64,000 nt of DNA from Chiloscyllium plagiosum (Eukaryota): NCBI RefSeq assembly GCF_004010195.1, contig NC_057718.1, forward strand, positions 100,344,425 through 100,408,424. The letters are read 5' to 3'. Numbering within the stretch: the first letter of the stretch is position 1; each line of letters starts with the position of its first letter. This document shows, piece by piece, positions 52,516-64,000 of this stretch. The notes below the pieces were generated by a model. That model saw nothing but the letters and a program-made list of their open reading frames with translations. It was not told the DNA's origin and did no database searches. Both the position numbers and the translations under genes were made by a program.

Positions 52516-52819
52516 GGCCTCTTCTCTGTCTATGATCTCTGTTAAATCTCTTGATAAAATTACTGCTATTAACTAGTATGTATGAGCTTTTTTTAATGGA
52601 ACCCATTATAGTAATTGGGATGGAGGGTTGAATGTTCCCACAGTAGCTTTAATTAGAGAGCAAAGAGAATTGAGTCTTAGCACAGCAATGATTGTCCCTC
52701 TTTTTAAAAAAAAACTCTTTGGTATTTCAACTGAGATACCAGATTAAAATAAGCTAGTTAATGCCTTCATTAGAAATGCCCTCAAAGGATTGTTTTGGCA
52801 GAACATTTGCTATCCTATG

Positions 52820-53980
52820 TAAATTAAAATAGACGAATCTCCAAAATTTGATGCTTTCCATCCCAGGCTATTAAAAGAAATTGATGCGGAAATTACAGAT
52901 GCATTAGTCATAACTTTCCAAAGCGCTCTAGATTCAGAAATGAGGCTCCTTGAACTGGAAGATTGCAAATGTCACTCCCGTTATTTAAGAATGGTAGATG
53001 GAGAAATGTGGTAACTGCAAATCTGTCAGTTTAATGTCAGGTGTGGGTAAGTTACTGGAATCTTTCATCGGAGACTTGAGCAAGTAATGTGATCACAGAG
53101 AGTCACCATGGATTGTCAAATAATGCTGAAATTGTCCTAGATGATTACTCCTGTCAATGGGTGCTGGCTAAATGGATTTCCAAAAGGCATTTGATCAAGT
53201 TTCACACTGGATTGTTAGCAAAAGTGACAACACTTGGAATTAATGGTAACCTTGTGATTTAAGCCCGTGGTTGTCTTGAGAGGTAAAGACCAGGTAGAAT
53301 CATGAGGGGTGTGGATAGCGTAAATAGACAAGGTCTTTTCTCCAGGCTGGAGGAGTCCAGAACTAGAGGGCAGAGGTTCAAGGTGAGAGGGAAAAAAATT
53401 AAAAGGGACCTAAGGGGCAACTTTTTCACGCAAAGCATGATGCATGTATGAAATGAGCTGCCAGAGGAAGTGGTGGAGGCTAGTACAATTACAACATTTA
53501 AGAGGCATCTGGATGGGTATATGAATAGGAAGGGCCAAGTGCTGGCAAATGGAATTAGATTAATTTAGGACACCTGGTCAGCATGGACGAGTTGGATCAA
53601 AGGGCCTGTGTCTGTGCTGTATAACTCTGACTATAGAGTTTGTTCTGAATGTCATAAGTGTTTATCCCCTGGGAATTGTTACTGGGTGTTACACTTAGAC
53701 CATATTTATTGGCCTGGATAAGGCACAGAGTTATATCTCCAACCTTGTAGACAGTTCAAAGTTAGGAACTTCAGTAGGTAAGGTACATGAGAGCTGAAAA
53801 TCACTGAGGAACCTAGACAAACTGAGTCATTAGCACTTAGACAGATGGAACTCAATGTGGAGAAGGGTAACGCAATCTGTCTGAGTTACCAGAATATTTC
53901 AATAGTGAGAGGCTAGAAAACCGAGAAACAAGTTGGACCTGAGGGTTTGTATCCGTGCTGTACATCTCAATGACTCTATG
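52820..53980 (+). mobile_element. Old CR1 RT debris with a younger CR1 3' end (~53295-53635) inside
   Basis: gatttccaaaaggcatttgat (DFQKAFD) and agaactagagggcagaggttcaaggtgagagg. Confidence 0.7.
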
Positions 53981-56900
53981 ACCTCACTCTTGGAGGAGAC
54001 CATGTTCTGTCATATGCTGGCTGTTAGGAGCAGGTTTTAACAGCCCCTCTATTCAGTCTGCTTCTCCATCCCCGGACTGTGATTAATCTCGATGCATGAG
54101 CGAGTTAATTGAACTCCAGCTTGTGTTTCCACACGGAGAGCAGGCAAGAAACGTGGGTTCCAGGTGGAGAACACGATTATTTCTCCAGCATTGTATCGTG
54201 CAGTAGGCCTCAAGACAAGGGGGTCCTTTGGTGAATTCCTGCTGCTTCCTCACAGTGCAGCAGTCCACCCTCTGACTTTCCCTTCAACCTTTCAGATTGG
54301 CAAATGCTCAAAAGTTCATAAATCAGTGTAAATAGAATGTAATTAAACGAGGCTACTCAATCATGAATAAATAACCAAATGCCATTCTTAAAGATGATTT
54401 TGATTTAAGACTCAATTTTGTTAATTCTACACCAAGCACTGTTCTAAGTTGGATGAAAGGTGGCCTGGTGAATGATTAACTTGCAAACATAAAAGTAAAA
54501 GGAATAATGAGGCCAACCACAAATTGCTGGCATCTTCTCCGGTTGGGATTGCCAACATCGACGGGACATTTTCCAGGAGAAGTTGTCACATGAGCTTGCA
54601 ACTGCAAATGCTCCATACCCAAGCTCATTCCATTGGTCTCCTATCACAGCCCACAACCAATTGGAAAGCAAATGAACTCCGAGTTAGCCAACTGGATGGA
54701 GCTTTTGTGGCATGGTGATACTGTCTATACCTCTGAGCCAGGGAGCCTGGATTCAAGTCCCATCCTGCTCTAATGGTTTGTAATACCATCTCAGAACAGG
54801 CTGATTAAAAACTATCAGATTTGATATTCTTGACAATTTGTCCTGATGAGGATAAAATGAAAGACAACATGTCTCTCTTTTTGACAATATATTATCCGAT
54901 TCGATGATTGTCGATCAGATGTTTTTTTTCTCACCTGAGCCAATATCTTGATAACTAATAAACAGCGTGAAGTGTAATCAAAATATTGAAAATATTTTAA
55001 CATCGTGGTGAGTTGAAGCTCAGATGTCATTCACAGAACTGAGCTGGAGGTTAATCTGTGATTCCTGGAGATTTGGCAATACAATTCCCAATCCAAACTC
55101 TTGCTCACCCTCCCTCAACTACTCGGGTTGGATCCAAGAGATATTTCTCTTAGTGTCTTGAAAGGTTCCTTTATTAACTCATTTACAGGATATTGGCATG
55201 ACTGGCTGGGCCAGTATTTCTTGCCCGTCCCTTCTTCAACAGCTGCAGTCCATTTGGTGTTGACATCAGGACCTGGGACAGTGAGATACATCAAAGGCCA
55301 ATAGCTGGGCACTGCAGCTTGAGGGAGCCCACAATGCCCATGTCAGAGGCTGCTGTTGGGTCTGGGTCATAAGCAGAACCAGGGTCATGATATCTGTCCC
55401 TGCATCTGGTAGCTACACCCTCTGTTAGAGAGAAGCTTAGGATTTTGACCCAGCAACAGTGGAAGAATGGCAATATACTTCCAAGTCAAGATGGTGAGAG
55501 ACTTGAAGGGGGACTGGAAGCTGGTGGTGTTCCCATGTATCTGCTACTCTTGTCCTTCTGGAGCAGTGAGGGTGGGAGGGGCTGGGGTTGGGGTTTGAAG
55601 GGGCGGTTAGGTCATGTGTTTGGAAGGTGCAAACAGAGCAACCTTGGAACGTCGCTGCAGTGCAAATTGTAGATAGAACTCACTGCTGTTACTAAGTTTC
55701 AGTGATGGAGAGAGTGAACGCTGAAAGAGAGGAAGAGAATTCCAAAGCATAAGACCCAGGCACCTGAAGTAGTGAATGGGCCTTATCTTAAATAGCATAA
55801 GACATACAAAATGATGTGGCCACTTTTATCAAATTCATAAAGTTTGGTGCAAACAAAGCAATGACAGCATGGACGACGAAAGATGTCCTGCTCAGACTGC
55901 AGTACTTTCCGTTTTCCTAATATAGAGGCAGAGTTAGGGAACAGGCACAGAACGTCATAACAAGGATCAACTTCGGTTCAAGGAGAGATTTGAGAAAATG
56001 AGGTTGTCTCCATAAAGCAGAGAAAAAGGTCCAGTTGAGGCATTGGGGAACATCAGGGATTTTCAAAGGGTTGGTAAATTAAAACTGGTCCCTTTGGCAG
56101 AATGAGCAGTGACCACAGGGCACAGGGCGGTGAACACTAGGGAGCGAGCCAGAGGCAGTTGAGGAGTAATGTTCCTAACCTGTGAAGTTGTCGTGATCTG
56201 GAAAGTATTGTCTGAAAGGACAGTGAAAGCAGATTCAATAGTCACTCTCCAAAGGGACATGACTCAAAAATGGAAACATTGGAAAAGATTGGCAAGAGAG
56301 TTGGGACTAACTGGATAGCAATTTAAAACAGTTTTGATAGAACGGCCTCATTACTTCCTGTCGCTGGAAGATAAGTCTGCAAAAAATCACTTTGGGAGAA
56401 ACTGTCTCAAATTTGATGACTTTTGCTGGTATGAATGCAGGATACATATGTACACATTGAACAACTCTGTACTTTTCATCGTTGTTTAAATGAGTCTTCT
56501 GCATGTGGAGAGGGGAAGTAATTGTGGCATGGAGCACAGGGAAAGGAATTTTGAATAGTTTATGCTAACATCAACTATCCTCCAGGGAGGTCTGGTTTCC
56601 ACCAGGATTGTTCCAAACACAAGAACTGCATGTTATATTCCACAGGATGGATTATGTGATTAATAGAAGGGAGAATGACTAGCTTGGTATGGGTTATCGG
56701 TGTTCTTCTGAAAAATGACTCATCGTTATAGTATCGTAGAAGCATTGCGACCCAGAGGAAGGCACTTTGACCTGTTTAGCACATGCCAGCTCACAACAAG
56801 AGCGATCCAACTGGACTCGCTTCACATCCTACCCTGGACTCCTTTCCCCCTCAGGTGCCTATCCTTCTGAAAGCCACATTCAGGCTTGCCTCCACCACAC

Positions 56901-58949
56901 TCAGACCGTGCATTCCAGATCCTCACCACGCACTTTAAAAAAAAACGGTGTTTCCTCACACCATACTTTGCTTCTTAAATCAATGTCCCACTGGATTTGG
57001 ACCCTTCCACCAATGAGAACATCTCCTCTGGATTCACAGTGTCTAGACACTTCATGATTTTGAATGCCTCAATCAAATCCTTTGACCTTCTCTCAGGGGA
57101 AGGACACATTTCACTGGTGCCTCTGTTGGTCATCATCCCCCCCCGGCCCACACAATTACCCATTGTCCGGCACCTCCCTCCATTTCAAGCAAAGTGTAGG
57201 GATACCAGAAGGGCAGTTAGGGAGGGCATTCTGGGGGTTTGATCCAGCAACACTGAAGGATCAAAGAGTCAGGATGGTGAGGGGCTTGGAGGGGAACTTG
57301 CAGGTGGTGGTGTTCCTATGTATCTGCCGCCCTTATCCTTCTCAATGGGAGGAGGTCTGAGTATAAGCAGTATGAGGAAGGGGCAACACACCCTAGAGAG
57401 GGGCCCATCGTTCAGTTTGGAGTGGTTCACCCTGCATTAATCCTCGCCTTCATTCAGCCGTCAGCAGTGGTTCCAAGCAGCTCAAATCACCATTTCATTG
57501 TTACTAGGAGAAATGGGGGTTTAAATTTAGCTCATCACCACATGACAAATTGATGGCCTATCTTGTGCCTGATCTTAAGTCCATGCACACAGAAGGGTTT
57601 TGAGGGGTTAAAATGGGATCCGACGTGTAAAGGATTGTTGGAAGCCTGAAAGGTTGCCCTGCTCAATGCATATAACCCTCAGATTCCACAATCCGAGAGC
57701 TGCAGCTAATAGTGTGCGTTCAAAGAGATGGCAGAGCCAGGGTAGAGTTAACATGTCCTGGCATCCGCTTCGGAAACTGTAGCCGATATGAACTGTGTCC
57801 GTATGTAATTCACGTGGCCTGTGAATCGATGCAGAAATTAGAATTAGATCTAGAATTTAATGAGAATTAGTTGCCATGTGTACAGGAGTCCAGTGAAAAG
57901 TGTACAAAGTCACCATTCCCAGCATCGTCTTGGGCACAAAATCTTAGGTACAAAGCAGAGAAACAAAGTTAAAAGTTAAATATTACAGACCCTCTTAAAT
58001 TAAAAGTGGTCATGGAGCAGAAGAAAATGCTTTTGTTTGTGTTTTGTGTGTGAGTGTGAGCGTGCATGTAAGGTATTTAGAGAGAGATTTCTGGATGTGT
58101 GGTTAATATGGATTGCATGTGTGCAGTCTGTAGCCCAACCCAGAGCTCCTGGGTCTGTGGCTTCTGTTGGCCACGTTACTCATTGGAGTCGGATGACTGA
58201 TAAACTCCCACATAGCATCAACACTTTATTGTAAAATCAGGCATCTTGTAGCACGATGTGTCTTCGCTTTCTCCTCATGCATCAAATTCTAAAGTGCCCT
58301 CTCAAGTCCTCTTTTTAGTCCAAAAGTGGCCTCTTGCTTTGTGAGTATAGGCTTGTGGAAAATTGTCAAGCACAGTGCGCAAGGCAGCAAGCTGGTGGAT
58401 ATAGGGCCAGGGACATGCTACACTCTGGTGAAGATCCAACCTAAAACAACACTAGGGTATCAAATTATCACACCATAGCCAACTCCACCCACAGAATCAT
58501 GACTGGAAAAAGAGCAATTCCCAAGAGTCATTGAAGAAGGCAGTGAGGGATTGGCACGTGGGTTTAGCCATGTATTAAATATACATATTGAATAACTTCT
58601 AACATTGAATGAGCTTCCATTCACTGGATATGGGCATCACTGGCAAGTCCATCTCTAACTGCCTTTGTTATTTTGAAAATATACCTTATTCATAAAAATT
58701 GTGTTTAAAACGACATCAAATATCTTAACATATTCTGCAGAGACTCACTGCCATTAATCTTTATTGGTGTTTATGGAACGATTAATACCAACTAGGGAAA
58801 AAAGCCTGTACAATGTATTCAGTAGGAAATACGATCAACTCCTGATTAAACAGCAAAGGTTAATTATAGAATAATTAATAGCTAGCTCCACTGCATCAAC
58901 GATGTCTCCTAGAATCATATTATACAGAAGAAGCTCTTTAGCTCATCAA

Positions 58950-59242
58950 GGCCATGGTGGCTCAGTGGTTAGCACTATTGCCTCACAGTGCTAGGGGCCT
59001 AGATTCAATTCCGCCTTTGGGATTGCACATTCTCCCTGTGTCTGCATGGGTTTCCTCCCACAGTCCAAAGATGCGCAGGTTCGTGTGGATTGGCCATGCT
59101 AAATTGCCCCCTGATGTGCACACTCGTTGGGTTAGCTATGGGAGCTGCGGAATAGGGTAGGGAGGTGAGTCTGGGTGGGACTGTCTTTGGAGAGTTGGTG
59201 TGGACTAATTTCATATGGCCTGATTTCATATTGTAAGGAGTC
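58950..59242 (+). mobile_element. Degenerate V-SINE; another at ~59760-60005 (-)
   Basis: ggtggctcagtggttagcact…cacagtccaaagatg motifs. Confidence 0.8.
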
Positions 59243-60347
59243 TGTTCTTCTTGAGAGACACCAAGCTCAATCTAAGAATGAGATCACATAAGACTTCTTT
59301 AGCTGCTTGCTGTTATCACGAGGAACAAGCACCAAAGCACTAGTTAGGACACATGACACACTTAATTAACTCCTCCCAGAAACAGGCCTTATTATCTTAA
59401 AGTCTTACAATTTCAGTTAACCCTTTCAGGTACTATCTGCCTCACGCAAAACATACCATTTTGACTTGATGGTTACATTATTTACAATAGATTGCAATTT
59501 ATCTCCACATAGCATGTTCGACTCTTAGATGCCGTAGTACAATTGCAATACTCTTAATATTTACAACATACATTCCATGCCAGGGATACAGCCTATATTT
59601 TGAATTGAAAACTTCAGAAAGTGCAATTGAATTAAACATTTCTACATTCACCTTGTTCTACACTGAGGTGCCGCAGAGTGATTTCTTGATCCTCACACAA
59701 TACATTCCTGGTCACGTCTGAGAAGGAACCTCTAATGTTGCAGTGATGTGGCTTCATGGAATCCCTGCAGTTTGGAAAAGGATCACTGAGTCCTTACTGA
59801 TCCTCCAAAGAACATCCCACCTCCCCTCCCCACTCTTAACCTGCATTCCCCATGGCCAATCCACCCTCACATCTTTGGAATGTGGGAAGAAACCCACATA
59901 GACACGGGGAGAATGTGCAAACTCCACACAGACAGTCACCTGAGGCTGGAATCAAACCCAAGTCCCCGGCACTGTGAGGCAGCAGTGCTAACCACTGAGC
60001 CACCCTGCCAGGACAACTAGGTTCAAGTCCCACCTGCTGCACAGGTGTGTCATAACATCGCTGAGCAGGTGATTAAAACCCATCGACAGTCTGAGAAAGT
60101 GACAATGAGCTGCACTTGAAAACTGAGCCTCTTCCTCAGCTATTTCAGAAGCTAAGAGTTAATGACATTGCAATAGTTCTATAGTCACTATTATGAATGT
60201 CAGATTTATTAAATTAGTTGCATTTGTGCTTCTTTGATGTACTTATGGACTCATGTCTCCTAATTATGAGCAGCTTTATCACTGTGCTTCCACAAACACT
60301 GCAGGTTTGTACAAAGATAAAACTCACCAACACCTTCTCAAAACCAA

Positions 60348-60555
60348 GATGTGGGGCTACCGGTGTTGGACTGGGGTGGACAAGGTCAGAAGTCACATGA
60401 CCCCAGGTTATAGTCCAACAGGTTCATTTGAAATCACAAGCTTTTGGAGCGCTGTTCCTTCGGCAGGTGAATGTAATGAAGGAGCAGCGCTCCGAAAATT
60501 TGTGATTTCAAATAAACCTGTTAGACTATAACCTGGTGTCATGTGACTTCTGGCT
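60348..60555. mobile_element. PLE family 2 palindromic insertion with 13-bp TSD
   Basis: Inverted repeat 60388-60551 centred on two decayed hammerhead motifs. TTCTCAAA(A/G)CCAA at 60335-60347 and 60556-60568. Confidence 0.8.
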
Positions 60556-61099
60556 TTCTCAAAGCCAACCAAGGATAGGAAATGAGTGTCTCATCAACAT
60601 TCTTTTGGGGAAAACGTCTGTTATTTTTACAAATGGCAAGATTGCATTTTTACAACACAAGGACGTGTTTCTATACAAACAGCGCCATCCCTTCATGATG
60701 TTAGACAACGTGGAAAACAGATTTGCTGAACCTTTATCAGTTTACAAAATACTGTTTAAATCCTACAGACCAGGGACATGTTTTGGGACTAAATGTGCTG
60801 GACAATCTCTGTGGAACTGGAAGCAAATGGAGAGAGAGAGAGAGAGATATGAGTTCTCAGAACCCTGACTCTGAAGACAGTGGTTGAGGAAGGAGAGGTG
60901 GCTGTGAATGTGGGTTTTAGTGAGTATCCTGTCAAACACCAGGCAATAGAGATAGCAATCAACTCAAACGAGGGGGAGGTGACAGCAAACTAACCAGGCC
61001 ATTGAGCCTGGAGAGCTGCTTTGATGTTCAACATGATCATGGCTGACTGTACACCTCAATACCTTTCCCACACTTTCCCCACATCCCTTCACAGCTTTC

Positions 61100-61425
61100 C
61101 AGCAGACAACATCATCAACGACCCCTCCCACCCCAGTTACACTCTCTTCCACCCTCTTCAGACAGGCAGAGGTTTGAATACACGTACCAACAGATTCAAG
61201 AACAGCTTCTTCCCTGCTGTTACCAGACTTATAAATGGACCTCTCATATATTAGAGTTGATCTTTCTCTGAACCTTCTCTGTAGCTGTAACACTATATTC
61301 TGCATTCTGTTCTATTACTCTGATGTCCTTATGTAAGATATGATTTGCCTGGATCACATACAAAACAATACTTTTCACTGTATCTTGGTACATGTGACAA
61401 TAATAAATCAAATCAAGTCAAATCA
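61100..61425 (+). mobile_element. Rex1/Babar-type LINE 3' end
   Basis: ORF 61021..61254 IINDPSHPSYTLFHPLQTGR..TRTNRFKNSFFPAVTRLIN, followed by AATAAA and a (TCAAA)n tail. Confidence 0.75.
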
Positions 61426-61459
61426 ACTCAAACCAATGTGTTAAAGTACTCAAAGACTT

Positions 61460-61752
61460 TTGGAGGAGTCCAAAACTAGAGGGTATAGGTTTCAGGAGAG
61501 AGGGAAGAGATATAAATGGGACTGAAGTGGCATTTTTTTCATACAGAGAGTGGTGTGTATAAGGAATGAGCTGCCAGAGGAAGTGGTTGAGGCTGGTACA
61601 ATGACAACATTTAAGAGGCATCTGGATGTGTACATGAATAGGAAGCATTTAGAGGAATAGGCAAATGGGATTGGATTAATTTTGGATACCTGGTTAACAT
61701 GGATGAGTTAGACCGAAGGGTCTGTTTCCGTGCTGTGTGAATCTATGACTGT
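61460..61752 (+). mobile_element. CR1 3' end
   Basis: ggagtccaaaactagaggg…gaccgaagggtctgtttccgtgctgt…ctatgact. Confidence 0.8.
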
Positions 61753-62464
61753 GAAATGATGGTTGATCTGATGATGATCAACCTGTAACCTCACTTAATA
61801 CAGCAAAAGCCAACATTAATAGAGAAACAGTTTAGTAAGCAACATGTAGATTCAGCTAATGAATAAATGAAGCATTGCAGACTTTAATTAATCATTCCCC
61901 ATTCTTCTGAACTCCAGAGAATATGAAATCAAATTCTAACTTGACAGAACCTGGTTCAGTACTATCAGAACACCAAGGTTTCTTGCTGTTAACAGAATTT
62001 GTCCTTTAACTCTTTACTGACTGCTACAGTTAGAGTTGAAAGAACAACACTCACATTCACACATTTAACTTTAACAAAGACTGAAACTGTTTTAATGGAG
62101 ACTGCTTCTTAGTGCTGTTCCACGTGCTGTTTGACTTTTTACATCGTGCCCTGAGTGGTTTCAGTTTTTTATTCCAATACAGTACATTATCTCTTACTCA
62201 AGCCATCAACTCAACTCTAACTGAATTGGATGAGATTTTCGAGGAGGCACTGAGATATTCAGGATTGAGCCGTAGTTTTATAAAGGAATTTTTGGGATGG
62301 ACGGAGCAGAAACTGGCCATTTGACCCAAAGATCCTATGCTATTATTTTTCCTTCATGTCAGTCTTCTTGCATCCTATTTTAAATAAACCTATTAATGCA
62401 TCCTGTTCCTGTCCTCCTCATGTCTTTCCCAGTTGTAGTGTGTTTACCACTGACCATTGCATGT

Positions 62465-62787
62465 TTAGATTATATTAGATTAGATTACTTACAGTGTGGA
62501 AACAGGCCCTTCGGCCCAACAAGTCCACACCGCCCCGCCGAAGCGCAACCCACCCATACCCCTACATTTACCCCTTACCTAACACTACGGGCAATTTAGC
62601 ATGTCCAATTCACCTGACCTGCACATCTTTGGACTGTGGGAGGAAATCGGAGCACCCGGAGGAAACCCACGCAGACATGGGGAGAACGTGCAAACTCCAC
62701 ACAGTCAGTCACCTGAGGCGGGAATTGAACCCGGCTCTCTGGCGCTGTGAGGCAGCAGTCCTAACCACTGTGCCACCATGCCGCCCA
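62465..62787 (-). mobile_element. V-SINE (HE1-like), full length
   Basis: Reverse complement of the 750-1074 family sequence. Confidence 0.9.
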
Positions 62788-63191
62788 CATGAATATTACA
62801 GCCTGGAGAGATGGATATTGATGGTAGAGGCTTCAACTTGATGGAGAGGATCTGGTTGACCACAACCCTCTCCCATTCTTACCTTTGGAAGAATTTCCAA
62901 CTTGATCCTCAACCTTTTTGGCCACATGTATGAGCACACCTTCCTTGACCATCCAACATTGTAGTGGGACCTGAGCCTGAATCTCTGGCTCAGAGGCAGT
63001 CACACTACCTAATGTGATTATCTCGTTTCTCCTTATATACACCCATGCTATTCACCTCAGCAACTTCCTGTGCTATTGGTGTTCTGCTGATTTTTGTGCT
63101 GCCATGGAATCCTGAACCACAATTTCAAACGGGCTGCCTTTTGTCACATCTCCTAGTCACCAGTTTTGTATTTCGACACCACTTCCCTTTA

Positions 63192-63787
63192 CATTAGATT
63201 AGATTCCCTACAGTGTGGAAACAGACCCTTCAGCCCAACCAGTCCATACTGACCCTCCGAAGAGTAACCCACCCAGACCCACTTCCCTCTAACAAAGAGG
63301 TGGCACGGTGGCTCAGTGGATAGCACTGCTGCCTCACAGCCTCGAGCAACTGGCTGTGTGCACATTCTCCCTGTGTCTGTGCGGGTTTTCTCCGGGTGCT
63401 CTGGTTTCCTCCCACAATCCAAAGATGTGCAGATCAGGTGAATTGACCATGCTAAATTGTCCACAGTGTTAGGTGCATTAGTCAGAGGTAAATGGGTCAC
63501 TCTTCGGAGGGCTAGTGTGGACCGGTTGGGTCAAAGGGCCTGTTTCCACACTGTAGGGAATCTAATCTAATCTAATACACCTAATGCTACGGGCAATTTA
63601 GCATGGCCAATTCACCTGGCCTGCACATCCTTGGACTGTGGAAGGAAACCGGAGCACCCGGAGGAAACCCACGCAGACCTGGGGAGAATGTGCAAACTCC
63701 ACACAGACAGTCACCCAAGGCTGGAATCAAACCTAGGACCTTGGTGCTGTGAGGCAGCAGTGCTAACCACTGAGCCACCGTGCCACC
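63192..63787. mobile_element. V-SINE (+, ~63297-63576) nested within a V-SINE (-, 63192-~63292 plus ~63577-63787)
   Basis: The tail half and head half of the - copy join across the + copy, which ends in (TAATC)n. Confidence 0.8.
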
Positions 63788-64000
63788 TCTCTGAAGCTAC
63801 TGGCCTTTGTTGCTGTAGCTGTCCACAGTTGGGCTCATTTCAGAGCAACTGGAGTTCTTGTCCGTCAGAAAATTTTTCAAAAAGACACACAAATTTGAAG
63901 CAACACTGAAACATTTGGCCCCTCAAGCCTGGTACATCATTCAATACGATCGCAGACGATCTAACTATGGCCTCAGCTCCTAATTTCTGATCACCAATGA

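Noticed and set aside
59243..59661. Possible second solo LTR
   Set aside because: TG…CA ends can be drawn, but I found no convincing TSD, TATA/poly(A) pair or terminal repeat.
52600..64000. Exons of a downstream neighbour such as ISM1
   Set aside because: No recognisable coding exon or CpG island. The region is repeat debris.

Overview
Eukaryotic, repeat-rich genomic DNA, most likely from a cartilaginous fish (shark-type V-SINE/HE1, DeuSINE-like, CR1, Penelope and Rex1 repeats). The only host gene is the 3' part of a serine palmitoyltransferase long-chain base subunit gene on the + strand. Eight GT-AG coding exons (2083-46977, 1052 nt, phases consistent) encode the PLP-binding GTFTKSFG motif and end in ...RPELYNESDFELED*, which identifies it as SPTLC3 rather than SPTLC2. 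The 5' exons lie upstream of the window, and a long 3' UTR probably follows. Almost all ORFs in the supplied track are transposon debris or chance ORFs. The most interesting non-genic structure is a set of Penelope-like element (PLE) termini carrying minimal hammerhead-ribozyme motifs (CUGAUGA...GAAA). These fall into two clear families and a possible third. Many occur as short (~180-210 bp) palindromic inserts with 13-17 bp target-site duplications, several with the inversion point at or next to the ribozyme. Also present are an internally deleted piggyBac with TTAA duplication and palindromic subterminal repeats, a candidate solo LTR, and several nested insertions. Everything was read by eye, so repeat boundaries are approximate and family names come from recalled motifs, not database searches. 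No clearly unprecedented system was found. The ribozyme-centred palindromic elements are the best candidate for something under-described.
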